NCBI GenBank assembly: GCA_019057815.1 | Contig: JAHLWR010000006.1 | Coordinates: 64,001-128,000, forward strand | From: Candidatus Heimdallarchaeota archaeon | GTDB lineage: Archaea; Asgardarchaeota; Heimdallarchaeia; Heimdallarchaeales; Heimdallarchaeaceae | Length of the DNA stretch: 64,000 bases | Reading direction: 5' to 3' | In this document: positions 18,595-28,133 of the stretch, one piece after another | Position numbering within the stretch: position 1 is the first letter of the stretch | How the letters are laid out: every line of letters begins with the position of its first letter | Program-made: the position numbers and the translations under genes | The notes under the pieces: generated by a model | What the model was told of the DNA's origin: nothing | Databases searched by the model: none | What the model saw: the letters and a program-made list of their open reading frames with translations, nothing else

Positions 18595-19824
18595 GTGATG
18601 ACTGAACAAACAACTACCTTGGAAGAATTACTTTCCAAATATACTATACAACTCATGGATTTGGAGTACATATTAAACTTCATGAAGAACGAGAATATTT
18701 CACCCCAACTAGCTATGCGAAGAATTAAGTTATTTGAAAAACTACAAGAAAAGATGTCTCAAGTTCAATCTGATGAGAAAGTACAAGAATTAACTTCTGA
18801 ATTAGATCATCTTTCCAAAATAGTTGAAGAACTTCAAGAAGAAAAAGATAAGCTCCAAGAAGAAAAAACGCAGTTAGACAAGGCAATTGAAGATAGTAAA
18901 CTTCAGCAAGATTTGTACGATGCAGAACGTGAAGAACTTAAAATGCAAATGAGTGCTCTTTTGGGTTCTGTTGGTGCTTTAGAGGAAGAGTATTCCGAAG
19001 AGACTGACCTGAAAACTGAAATACAAGATTATAAGAAGCAAATCGGGCTAATGACAGCTGCTTGTCAAACAATGAAAGAAAAAGTCAAAGAATTTGGTCT
19101 AAAATATGAACCGCTCCAAACTTTAAGTTATGAAATCGAAAAAGGTCTAGAAATTATATCAAAAGGTAAAGAGTTACCAAAAAATTTAGTATTCGATATA
19201 CCAGGTGATTTTTTAGTTTCTGCTCAAAAAGCAAAGGTGGTTAAAACTAAAGAACCCTCAATCATAGACGCAAAAAAAGAGGAAACAATATCTCCTGACC
19301 AAATAAGATTTGTACAACCTTCAAAACCACCATCAGCCCCTTCCAAAACCGCGGTTTCGACTTCTTCTACATCTCCTACCGTTCAATCAGATAAGGTTTC
19401 CACCACATCTTCACAACCTATAATTAAAGAAAACCTATTTGCTGAACCTGAAGAAATACCTAAAGCTCCTACACCCAAACCCAAACCTAAACCCGAACCC
19501 GAACCCGAACCCGAACCCGAGTTAAAGAAAAAGGAAACGCCTGAGAAAGTAGACATTGGGATTAAACCCATTAAAGACGAAAGAGAAGTATCACCAAAAG
19601 TTGAAAAAATACTCAAACTCTTTATTTCCTATGTTGACCAAGCTGATTCAAACGAGAATTTTAAAGCTAGAGTATCTGCTATTTGTGATATGGATGAAGC
19701 TTACATCGAATTGGGTGGTTTGGCAATGGCTCAGATATATTCTTATCAAACACAATCAATAAAGAAAAAGAGTGAATTTGAGCGTCTGATAAACAGTTGG
19801 ATTGATAACGGCTTACCTCGGTAA
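18595..19824 (+). CDS. Coiled-coil protein with disordered S/T/P-rich linker and small C-terminal helical domain
   Basis: Heptad-rich region at about aa 45-170, (PK)3(PE)5 linker, helical C-terminus ending LINSWIDNGLPR. Confidence 0.75.
   Translation: MMTEQTTTLEELLSKYTIQLMDLEYILNFMKNENISPQLAMRRIKLFEKLQEKMSQVQSDEKVQELTSELDHLSKIVEELQEEKDKLQEEKTQLDKAIEDSKLQQDLYDAEREELKMQMSALLGSVGALEEEYSEETDLKTEIQDYKKQIGLMTAACQTMKEKVKEFGLKYEPLQTLSYEIEKGLEIISKGKELPKNLVFDIPGDFLVSAQKAKVVKTKEPSIIDAKKEETISPDQIRFVQPSKPPSAPSKTAVSTSSTSPTVQSDKVSTTSSQPIIKENLFAEPEEIPKAPTPKPKPKPEPEPEPEPELKKKETPEKVDIGIKPIKDEREVSPKVEKILKLFISYVDQADSNENFKARVSAICDMDEAYIELGGLAMAQIYSYQTQSIKKKSEFERLINSWIDNGLPR
19474..19521 (+). repeat. Coding hexanucleotide tandem repeat (CCCAAA/CCCGAA) x8
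   Basis: CCCAAA CCCAAA CCTAAA, then CCCGAA x4 and CCCGAG; encodes PKPKPKPEPEPEPEPE. Confidence 0.9.
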
Positions 19825-19928
19825 GTTAAAATAATACAAGCTTGAATTCACCTATCATTTTTATTTACATTACATTCATTAATCAGAAAAGATAAAAATA
19901 ATGATGTAAAAATCGACAAATAAGAAGT

Positions 19929-20006
19929 GGGCGAGTAGTCTAGCTCGGATAAGGCACCAGACTTCGGATCTGGAGGTCGCAGGTTCAAGTCCTGCCTCGC
20001 CCGCCA
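19929..20006 (+). tRNA. tRNA-Arg(UCG), intronless, genomically encoded CCA
   Basis: Acceptor stem GGGCGAG/CTCGCCC, anticodon arm CCAGA-CTTCGGA-TCTGG, T arm GCAGG-TTCAAGT-CCTGC, discriminator G then CCA. Confidence 0.95.
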
Positions 20007-20063
20007 AAATAAATCTAAGAGTCAGGTTTCAACAATATCTTAAAACAGAAAGGTGCAACTAAA

Positions 20064-20786
20064 TTGTTTAAAACTATTAATATTCCTTTTAAAATAACTA
20101 TACTCTTTGTTCTGTTGATTTTGATTTCTTCCTTGAATGCTAGAGCTTATTTCGTTTTTGAGATTAATATAGGTGACACAGTAACTTATAACGTTGTTGC
20201 ATCAAGTGAAACAATCAATGGTTTTTGGGGTAGTTGGCCTCCTGGAACTTATTTTGGTAATTGGTCTGTTTCAAAAGGTGATAATATTTCTTACACAATT
20301 TTAGGTGGCATTGATACAGACTATGTGGGTAATATCCAGCTTGGAAATTATACTTTTGAAAATGTTAGTGATGTTGATCTCGCAAGTGCTTTGATTATCA
20401 GCATTTATCCGTGGAGTGGTGGTTTCTTTGCAAATTTTTCCGATTGGGATTCAATAGAGAACTCTGTTGTTTCAGCAAATACTACCATTGAGAACAAAAA
20501 TGATTTGAGTCTAGTTATAAATGGTAAACAACATACATTTAATGCAAAAATTTTCCATGTTCAGAACTATTATGGTCAATATTCAGATTTATATTATGAT
20601 ACTACAACTGGTTTATTTTTAAACGGGACTACTTCTTTTGGAAATTATTCTCTCAGCCTTGTTCTCTCTAAAACAACTTTCGAGGTTGAACTTATTTCTG
20701 TTAAAGCGTATTTAGATTTTCAGTTAATACTAATAACACTTCCAATTCTTATCATTTTGATAAAGAGATTCCAGAAATTTAAATAG
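20064..20786 (+). CDS. Secreted surface glycoprotein with C-terminal TM/basic anchor
   Basis: Signal peptide, beta-rich body with 8 N-x-S/T sequons, ends LILITLPILIILIKRFQKFK. Confidence 0.7.
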   Translation: MFKTINIPFKITILFVLLILISSLNARAYFVFEINIGDTVTYNVVASSETINGFWGSWPPGTYFGNWSVSKGDNISYTILGGIDTDYVGNIQLGNYTFENVSDVDLASALIISIYPWSGGFFANFSDWDSIENSVVSANTTIENKNDLSLVINGKQHTFNAKIFHVQNYYGQYSDLYYDTTTGLFLNGTTSFGNYSLSLVLSKTTFEVELISVKAYLDFQLILITLPILIILIKRFQKFK

Positions 20787-20882
20787 AAACATGGAACTTC
20801 TTGTTTCTTGTAGACATTTTCCTTTTAGTTTCCTAGCCACAACAATTATTAATTACAAATTGGTAATAGGAATTGAATAAAT

Positions 20883-21698
20883 ATGAGTGAGAACACACAA
20901 AAATGCTCCAGTTGTTCTGAAAGTGTCCCTTTGGAATATTCTGTCTGCCCATTTTGTGGTTTTGGTTTGTTAGAGTATGAAATGAAGAAATTCGCCTACA
21001 AACCTTCGATAAAAGAGGTCTTTATCCGTGTTTATAACTTCTTCCGTCATCCTTTTCCTACAATAGCAGAGATGGGAGTAGCAACAGAAACAAAAGGGGG
21101 GAACTTACTTATTCTCATATTCTCACTCTTTCTGTCATTACGTTTTTATATTCTACTAGTCGTGAAAACAGGATTTGATTTTGCTTTCGTAATAGATCCA
21201 GGCGCTCCTGGAAAGTTCCAAATCTCACTGGGTTTTATCATGTTCCTACTAAGTATCCTGTTTCTACCGTTTACAATATGGTTGGTCTATAAACTTCTCT
21301 ATTCTATGGGTACTTGGTTTATGGCCAAATTTGCTGCGATGTTAGGTTCAGATCTTTCAACCAAACAGCTCCGTACTATCGTTGGATATTCTATTGCTCC
21401 TGTTGTTATAGGGGAGTTTTTAGGTATCTTTTTTACTTTGATGGGTCCACCAGGCGGTTTAGGTACTTCTACTTCATTCAATGCAATACTCAGTTTTTTA
21501 ATTGTGTTTAATAGCTCTGGTGCAATCATAGCTTATAAATTCATAATGATAGCTTTATGGCTAATTGTGTTAGTTTACACATCTTTTGGTTTCAGAATTA
21601 CAGGAAAAATGGCTTGGATAAATGCTTTCGTCGCGGCCACCGTGCCTATAGGCTTGTTTGTGTTCTTTTTCTACATACTAGGGATGTTTGGTGGGTAG
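20883..21698 (+). CDS. Yip1-family membrane protein with N-terminal zinc ribbon
   Basis: CSSC...CPFCG, amphipathic FFRHP helix, five TMs, LRTIVGYSIAP motif. Confidence 0.75.
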   Translation: MSENTQKCSSCSESVPLEYSVCPFCGFGLLEYEMKKFAYKPSIKEVFIRVYNFFRHPFPTIAEMGVATETKGGNLLILIFSLFLSLRFYILLVVKTGFDFAFVIDPGAPGKFQISLGFIMFLLSILFLPFTIWLVYKLLYSMGTWFMAKFAAMLGSDLSTKQLRTIVGYSIAPVVIGEFLGIFFTLMGPPGGLGTSTSFNAILSFLIVFNSSGAIIAYKFIMIALWLIVLVYTSFGFRITGKMAWINAFVAATVPIGLFVFFFYILGMFGG

Positions 21699-21817
21699 CA
21701 TCATTTCCTTCCCTTCTTACTTCTTGGGCGATTCATTAAAAATGTGAAAGGGTAACATATATCAGAAGAGCATTGTAATCAAAAATAGCTTGGAAACAGA
21801 TTTGTTTGAGGATTAAA

Positions 21818-22822
21818 ATGAGCTTTGAATTTAATAAAAGAATAAAAGACATAGGAGAGCGGGTTTTTTTGGCTAAAATTGCAGGTTTGATTGATGATGA
21901 TATTTTAGGATTTGATGATGATGCTTCTGCTTTCCTTCTACCTTCTGGAGAGATATTAGTGTTGAATGTAGATATGTTAGTTAAGAAAACAGACGTTCTT
22001 CCTAGTATGTCACCTACACAAATAGGTAATAAAGCTGTAACTATGTCTGTAAGCGATATTGTTGCAAAAGGAGTAAAACCTTTAGGATGTCTAGTAAGTG
22101 TTGGGTTCCCCTCAAACATGGGTGTTCAAGAAGCAATGGCAATACTTGAAGGAGTCAAAGAGCAATGCACCACATATAACGTGTCTTTTCTCGGTGGAGA
22201 TTTGAATGAAAGCTGTGATGTTATTATTGATGTTGTTACATTCGGACTTAGCAAAAAAGAATCTTTAGTATCTAGAAAAGGAGCAAAGAACGGTGATTTA
22301 GTGTATAGCACTGGTTTGTTTGGTTGGACTTCTTTAGGTTTTAAAATTCAATTAGAAGACTTATCTGTCCCGTCTAGTTTAGCTGAGAAGAGTAATAAAT
22401 CTGTTAATCAACCTGAAGCAAAGATATCTTATCTTCCACTATTCAGCAGTTCACCAATTATAGCTTGTATTGATAGTTCTGATGGGCTTTTCGTAAGTCT
22501 TTCAACATTAAGCACATTAAATAATCTAGGGATTAAAGTTAATCACGTTCCAATTGATTCTGAAGTGGCTGCATTTGCAGAAAAAAGAGGTTTGAACCCA
22601 TTGGAACTCGCATTTCAAGGTGGGGAGGAGTTTGAATTACTTTTTGTTGTGTCTCCTAAGCACAAAAAATATGTTGAGAAAAAGGCTAAAAAGTTAGGAT
22701 TGGATATTTATTATTTAGGAACGTTTACTGAAGAACAAAAGGGTGTAGTCATTCTTGATCCGCTTTTCAGTAATTATGTGTTACCAAAAAAAGGTTTTGA
22801 ACATTTTACAGAGAATGATTAA
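21818..22822 (+). CDS. thiL: Thiamine-monophosphate kinase
   Basis: IGE, DDAS, SVSDIVAKG, LGGDL, CIDSSDGL, GGEEFELLF, GFEHF. Confidence 0.92.
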   Translation: MSFEFNKRIKDIGERVFLAKIAGLIDDDILGFDDDASAFLLPSGEILVLNVDMLVKKTDVLPSMSPTQIGNKAVTMSVSDIVAKGVKPLGCLVSVGFPSNMGVQEAMAILEGVKEQCTTYNVSFLGGDLNESCDVIIDVVTFGLSKKESLVSRKGAKNGDLVYSTGLFGWTSLGFKIQLEDLSVPSSLAEKSNKSVNQPEAKISYLPLFSSSPIIACIDSSDGLFVSLSTLSTLNNLGIKVNHVPIDSEVAAFAEKRGLNPLELAFQGGEEFELLFVVSPKHKKYVEKKAKKLGLDIYYLGTFTEEQKGVVILDPLFSNYVLPKKGFEHFTEND

Positions 22823-22875
22823 GACTCAACCCAAAAATCCTTAATAACTTCTTTTTACATAGAAACTTGATTGAT

Positions 22876-24129
22876 ATGGTAAAGATTACTAAAATTATCC
22901 CACGAGAAATAATAGATTCAAGAGGAAATCCAACAGTTGAAGTTGATCTATATGCTGAAAACGGAGCTTTTGGACGTGCACTGGTACCTTCTGGGGCTTC
23001 AACGGGTGAATATGAGGCGTTGGAATTTCGTGATAAAAATCATAGATTTCTTGGAAAAGGTGTTTTGAAAGCTGTAAAGAGTATCAAAGAGATAATCGCA
23101 CCCAAAGTTATCGGGTACGAAGTGACAGAACAAGAGAAAATAGACAAGTTAATGCTTGAGATAGATGGAACGGATAGTAAATCTAAATTGGGTGCCAATG
23201 CGATATTGGGTGTTTCACTTGCTGTATGTAAAGCTGCGGCAAATAGCTTAGGTATTCCAATATTTGAATATTTGAATAGAGAAGCTTGTACTTTACCTGT
23301 TCCAATGTTGAATGTTATTAATGGGGGGAAACATGCTGGTGGAAATCTTAAAATTCAAGAATTCATGATTTTACCTCACGGTTTTACCAATTTCAAAGAA
23401 GCATTAAGAGCAGCATGTGAAGTATATCAAGTCTTAAAGGTTAACCTCAGGAAATTCGGTCCTTCTGCAATAAATTTGGGTGACGAGGGTGGCTTTGGAA
23501 GTCCAGTAGATACTGCTCCTGAAGCATTAAATATGTTAATGGAAGCAATTGAAGGTGCAGGATATGAGTCAGGAAAACAAATATCTATAGGACTAGATGC
23601 TGCAGCCTCTGAATTCTTCAGCGATAATCTCTATGAGGTAGATGGAAAGAAGTTAACTGGTGAAGAATTAGTCGATTATTATGTTGATTTAGTAAAAAGA
23701 TACCCACTAATAAGCTTAGAAGATCCATTCGATGAAAACGATTTTACAACTTTTGCCAAACTTAAAGCTAGATTGCCAGAGATATCAATTGTTGCTGATG
23801 ATTTAACGGTAACAAATCCAAAAAGAATCCAAATGGCAATAGATCAAAAGGCTGCAAATTACTTATTATTAAAAGTCAATCAGATAGGAACGCTTACAGA
23901 GTCCCTTCAAGCAGCAAACTTAGCAAAAGATGATGGTTGGGGCATTAATATATCTCATCGTTCAGGAGAAACCTGTGATGATTTCATTGCTGATTTGGCA
24001 GTAGCAATTAAAGCTGAAAGAATAAAGACGGGAGCGCCAGCTCGTGGCGAACGCACAGCTAAATATAATCAACTTATGCGTATAGAGGAATATCTTGGTG
24101 AGAAGGCTAAGTATTTAGGTACATTATAA
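22876..24129 (+). CDS. eno: Enolase
   Basis: DSRGNPTVEV, PSGASTG, GDEGGF, LLKVNQIGTLTE, SHRSGET, RTAKYNQL. Confidence 0.98.
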   Translation: MVKITKIIPREIIDSRGNPTVEVDLYAENGAFGRALVPSGASTGEYEALEFRDKNHRFLGKGVLKAVKSIKEIIAPKVIGYEVTEQEKIDKLMLEIDGTDSKSKLGANAILGVSLAVCKAAANSLGIPIFEYLNREACTLPVPMLNVINGGKHAGGNLKIQEFMILPHGFTNFKEALRAACEVYQVLKVNLRKFGPSAINLGDEGGFGSPVDTAPEALNMLMEAIEGAGYESGKQISIGLDAAASEFFSDNLYEVDGKKLTGEELVDYYVDLVKRYPLISLEDPFDENDFTTFAKLKARLPEISIVADDLTVTNPKRIQMAIDQKAANYLLLKVNQIGTLTESLQAANLAKDDGWGINISHRSGETCDDFIADLAVAIKAERIKTGAPARGERTAKYNQLMRIEEYLGEKAKYLGTL

Positions 24130-24161
24130 GAAGAAAATCCTTGAAAACCAAGTAATACCCC

Positions 24162-24175
24162 TTTTTTCTTTTTTT
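24162..24175 (+). terminator. Oligo-T terminator candidate after eno
   Basis: T6-C-T7 tract about 33 nt after the stop. Confidence 0.5.
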
Positions 24176-24252
24176 AATTTTCAAAATTTTTATTGCTTCA
24201 ACTTCGTTGATAATCTTTTTGAATATCTAAGCAAATTTGAAAATGAGATTAA

Positions 24253-25770
24253 ATGAAATCAGCATATGAACAACTATTAGAAAGATATCAAGAAATGCAA
24301 CTTTTTGGATCTATAAGTGGTGTTCTTTACTGGGATATGAATACTTACATGCCACCATCAGCTGTAGAACATCGAGCAAAACAATTCAAGTATATTAGTC
24401 AAAAATTACACAAAATGTGGATTGATTCTAGCTTTGCCGATTTATTATTACAAAGTGAAAAGATTGATTCATTAGACTCTCTTCAGAAGCGCAACGTAGA
24501 ACTTATACGCAGATCTTATGATAGTCGAACAATACTTACTAGTGAACTAGTAGGCCAAATGGCCACTCAATCAAATAAAACGTTAGAAACATGGAAAAAA
24601 GCGAAAGCGAAGAAAGAGTTTCAAATGGTACTTCCTGATATGGAGAAACTATTTGCACTTAATGTACAAGTAGCTGAATTGTATGCAAAATCAAAAAATA
24701 TGCACGATTCTTTTGATGCTTTGATTGATCATAGAGATAAAGGATTTAGTGTGGAGAAACTAACGAAACTCTTTGATGAGGTAAAAGTGTTCTTAATCCC
24801 ATTTATTAAGAAATGTACAGAATCAGAAAACCAACCAGACAGGTCGTTTTTATCAAGAAAAGTACCAAGAAATGTGCAAGTTAAAATGGTACAAGACCTA
24901 GCAACTTTCCTAGAATATGATTTCTACTCGGAAAAAGCAGTGGGACGAATAGATGAAGTTGAACACCCATTGACAATAGGGTGTGGGTTAAACGATGTAC
25001 GAGTGACAGTGAAGTATCATGAGGACAATGTGCTATCTGCTTTTCTAGCTGGAGCACATGAGTGTGGTCATGCTTTAAATGGCTTGCAAGCTAACCTTGA
25101 ATGGTTTGGGCAACCAATTTATGCTTCGTCTTCCCCTAGCTTTGGTGAATCCCAGTCAAGATTTCTAGAAAATATTATAGCTAGTTCAAAAGAATTTTGG
25201 ACTTATTATTACCCTAGATTCCAGAAAGTGACTGAAGGGGCATTCAACGATATTGATATGGAACAATTCTATCAAGCTCTCAATGCAGTTACTCCTGGTT
25301 TTATTAGAATTCAAGCAGATGAGGTAACCTACATTTTACATATAATTATCCGCTTCGAAATAGAACGAGACTTATTTGCTGGAAAGATAGAAATCAAAGA
25401 CTTACCTCAAATTTGGAATGAAAAACACTTTAAATATTTAGGTGTAAAAGTGCCAAATGACACACTAGGTGTGATGCAAGATTTACATTGGTATAGTCAA
25501 TATTATGGTTACTTCTATGGTTATGGTATTGGTGATTTAATTTCTTCTCAAATCGCTACTAAATTAAATAATGAATTATTCAACTGGCGAGATATTCTAC
25601 AAAATGGTTCCTTTACTCCTATTCGTCAATGGCTGGCCGATAATATTCATTTAAAGGGTGGTTTTTATGATGGTCTTGATTTGGTTGAAAATGTCACAGG
25701 TGAACCTCTTAATATTAAATACTTTGTAAACTATATTGAAAACAAGTATAAAGAACTATACAAGTTGTAA
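24253..25770 (+). CDS. Carboxypeptidase, family M32 (Taq-like)
   Basis: WDMNTYMP, HPLT, DVRVT, HECGH zinc motif, ESQS, IRIQADEVTY, GVMQDLHW. Confidence 0.95.
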   Translation: MKSAYEQLLERYQEMQLFGSISGVLYWDMNTYMPPSAVEHRAKQFKYISQKLHKMWIDSSFADLLLQSEKIDSLDSLQKRNVELIRRSYDSRTILTSELVGQMATQSNKTLETWKKAKAKKEFQMVLPDMEKLFALNVQVAELYAKSKNMHDSFDALIDHRDKGFSVEKLTKLFDEVKVFLIPFIKKCTESENQPDRSFLSRKVPRNVQVKMVQDLATFLEYDFYSEKAVGRIDEVEHPLTIGCGLNDVRVTVKYHEDNVLSAFLAGAHECGHALNGLQANLEWFGQPIYASSSPSFGESQSRFLENIIASSKEFWTYYYPRFQKVTEGAFNDIDMEQFYQALNAVTPGFIRIQADEVTYILHIIIRFEIERDLFAGKIEIKDLPQIWNEKHFKYLGVKVPNDTLGVMQDLHWYSQYYGYFYGYGIGDLISSQIATKLNNELFNWRDILQNGSFTPIRQWLADNIHLKGGFYDGLDLVENVTGEPLNIKYFVNYIENKYKELYKL

Positions 25771-25860
25771 ATCAATCTTGTTCTCTTTTCTTATCGATGT
25801 AGATTATTGCACTATTCTTCTATTTTTGGTTTGACTAATAAATTGTTAAATAAAGAATAT

Positions 25861-25879
25861 AAAAAAAAAGAAGAAAAAA
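25861..25879 (-). terminator. Oligo-T terminator candidate after the 609-aa gene
   Basis: A-rich tract on the + strand immediately after the minus-strand stop. Confidence 0.45.
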
Positions 25880-27709
25880 TTAATCTTCGATTCTAATTGT
25901 TGCTTGCTGTTGTCTTACCGGACCATCTGCTCTGATATGTAGAGTTAAAGTAATAGTTTCGCCAGTGTTAATGCGCTTTATATGACATTTTACATTACTG
26001 CCCTCAATTTTCACATCTACTGTAGGTGGAGTATGACTGGAGTATTGAGCATTGAAAATAGGTTGCGTGATAATCACATTTTCTAGAGCCATTTCACCGC
26101 TGTTTGTAATAGGTATCTTTATTTCAAAATCCCCTTCTTCCTTCTTTGTGAAGATTGATGTTAACTTGTACGAACGTTTCTTAAACTCAATTATAAGAGT
26201 TGGTTCCTTCCCTTCCATTTCAGCTAGTGCTACATGTGGTTTTGTTGGTTTTGTTGCATATGCTTTGATTTCTACAGCAGCTGATTGGGGACCTACTCCT
26301 CTTGGTTTATTAGCAATACCAATTGTTTTTAACTTTATAATTTGTCCGGGGTTTATGTTTAAATCGGAAATGATGTAGTGGTATTTGCGTACTGTAGTGG
26401 TATCTTCTGGTATTTTTTCTGTTTCTTCTATTTCTGTTTCTGGAGCTAATTCAGGTTCTTGTTCTAGAGCTTCAAAAGTTGCTATTTCTCTTTCTTCATC
26501 CACGACTGGTTTTGGCTTAGCTTTTGGTCTCTCAACAAAATCCACCTCAATTGTATTACCTGAGGTTTCAGCAGAAACTTGATGGAATTCAACATAACTT
26601 GGAATTGTATCTTCGATTTCTATTCTGCCTACGTTTGCAGTGCCTGTGTTCACAATGTCAATAGTTGCAACTAGATTAGTAACTGCGTAGGTTACAACTT
26701 CTAGTGGATCAAAATATTTCGTTGCGCTTGTTTTTAACACATAAATTTGATCATTCTCTTTTTCAAATACTATAATAGAATGCTCTGTAACATCAAATAA
26801 AGTATAATAATCGAAATTTTTTGTGATTTCTGGATATCCTGTTGATTCTACAATAATACTTTGTTTCCAAATAGGCTCGTCTTCAAATGTTTCTAATTCT
26901 TCTTGGGGCTTTTCGGAATATTTTTCTTCACCATTAACATGTATGTTAACATATTTCAGGAATATTTCAAAACCACTTGCATTTCTCAGACCAAAATTAA
27001 TTTTCCATTGATTTGGAGCTGAAGTTTCGATAGCTTCAATCGATAAATCAACATTATCACATTCTCCATCAATTGTTGGAACAATTGAGCTTAATATGTG
27101 ATCAGCTTCACATCGGCAGATAATAATTCCTGTTTTGTATGGTTGTACATTTGTAGGATGACAAGTAGATGAAATAATTAGCGATGCAGATTCTCCTGCT
27201 TTTAATTCAGGAAGAATCCATGTCACAATTCTATCACTTTCAGTTATAGTTATTTCGCCTGCAAAAGGTTCTATAGCTCTAATATCTTTTGTATCGGGAA
27301 GGAAGTGTTTTTCTAGTGTGATGCTTTTTAAATCAAATTCAAAATTGTTTTTGATGGTGATTTTGAATGCAAGACTCTGGTCTATATTATATACTAAATC
27401 TTTGTTATCTGGGTTTACTTCATCTCCATCAAAATTTGTGTCGAATATCTCATTGATTTCAAATAAAGCCTCTACCTTTGTTTTGTAATCGCAAGTATAT
27501 TCTTTTCCCGCTTCAACATGTGGTATAATTTCTTCACTAAAATCTTGAATGTCTTCTTGATAATCAGCTTTTAAGTTGATTCCCCAAATAGTCGTTTTTG
27601 AGCTTGTGTTTATAATGCTTAAAACGCCTTGTGACTCAACAGAAATTGTTTCTCCTTTTGGTCCTGATTTGACATTTAAGTTTTCTTCTAGATGTATAAT
27701 TGCCTTCAT
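25880..27709 (-). CDS. Cytoplasmic multi-beta-sandwich protein resembling adaptin mu/delta-COP mu-homology domains (alternatively DUF11-like)
   Basis: No signal peptide or TM. IIHLEENLNV...ESQGVLSI and ITIKNNFEFDLKSITLEKHFLP...AGEITITESDRIVTWILPEL resemble MHD strands. Confidence 0.5.
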   Translation of the reverse strand: MKAIIHLEENLNVKSGPKGETISVESQGVLSIINTSSKTTIWGINLKADYQEDIQDFSEEIIPHVEAGKEYTCDYKTKVEALFEINEIFDTNFDGDEVNPDNKDLVYNIDQSLAFKITIKNNFEFDLKSITLEKHFLPDTKDIRAIEPFAGEITITESDRIVTWILPELKAGESASLIISSTCHPTNVQPYKTGIIICRCEADHILSSIVPTIDGECDNVDLSIEAIETSAPNQWKINFGLRNASGFEIFLKYVNIHVNGEEKYSEKPQEELETFEDEPIWKQSIIVESTGYPEITKNFDYYTLFDVTEHSIIVFEKENDQIYVLKTSATKYFDPLEVVTYAVTNLVATIDIVNTGTANVGRIEIEDTIPSYVEFHQVSAETSGNTIEVDFVERPKAKPKPVVDEEREIATFEALEQEPELAPETEIEETEKIPEDTTTVRKYHYIISDLNINPGQIIKLKTIGIANKPRGVGPQSAAVEIKAYATKPTKPHVALAEMEGKEPTLIIEFKKRSYKLTSIFTKKEEGDFEIKIPITNSGEMALENVIITQPIFNAQYSSHTPPTVDVKIEGSNVKCHIKRINTGETITLTLHIRADGPVRQQQATIRIED

Positions 27710-27778
27710 TTTCTACCCTTCGTTTATTACTCTTCGTTTATTTTTAATGCTTTGATTTATATAGAGATGGGTTAAAAC

Positions 27779-27887
27779 TTATTATGTTATTTCTTCTAAC
27801 ATAACATAATAACTTTATGTTAGTTTTCTCTGTGGTAGCTTTCTTGAAAACCAATTTTTCAAAAAAATCTCACTCAATTTTGAGTGA
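27779..27887. promoter_or_regulatory. Cluster of inverted repeats (operator candidates) upstream of the 609-aa gene
   Basis: TTATTATGTTAT-N10-ATAACATAATAA (27779-27812); CTAACATAA/TTATGTTAG (27796-27823); TTGAAAA-N5-TTTTCAA (27844-27862); TCACTCAA-TT-TTGAGTGA (27870-27887). Confidence 0.55.
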
Positions 27888-28133
27888 AGGACTATAACAT
27901 CTGTTGGATATTTTTTCAATAAAATTTTAGTATATCATTGAAAGTATATGCTTCAAATCTTTCTTTACATTTAGGTAAAAATAGCTTTTTACCTTCTTGA
28001 TAGTACTTGTTACTAGAAAAAAAACAACAGATAAGTTGGGGAAAAAAGGGACCTAATCTTCTAATAGACTTAAATGAGAGATCAAGAACAATTGGAAAAT
28101 GCGATTTTTGTAAGGTAAAAAGAGGGAAACATG

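Noticed and set aside
19929-20900. tRNA-Arg as an integration site for an island
   Set aside because: No integrase nearby and no duplicated tRNA 3' end seen; housekeeping genes resume within 2 kb.
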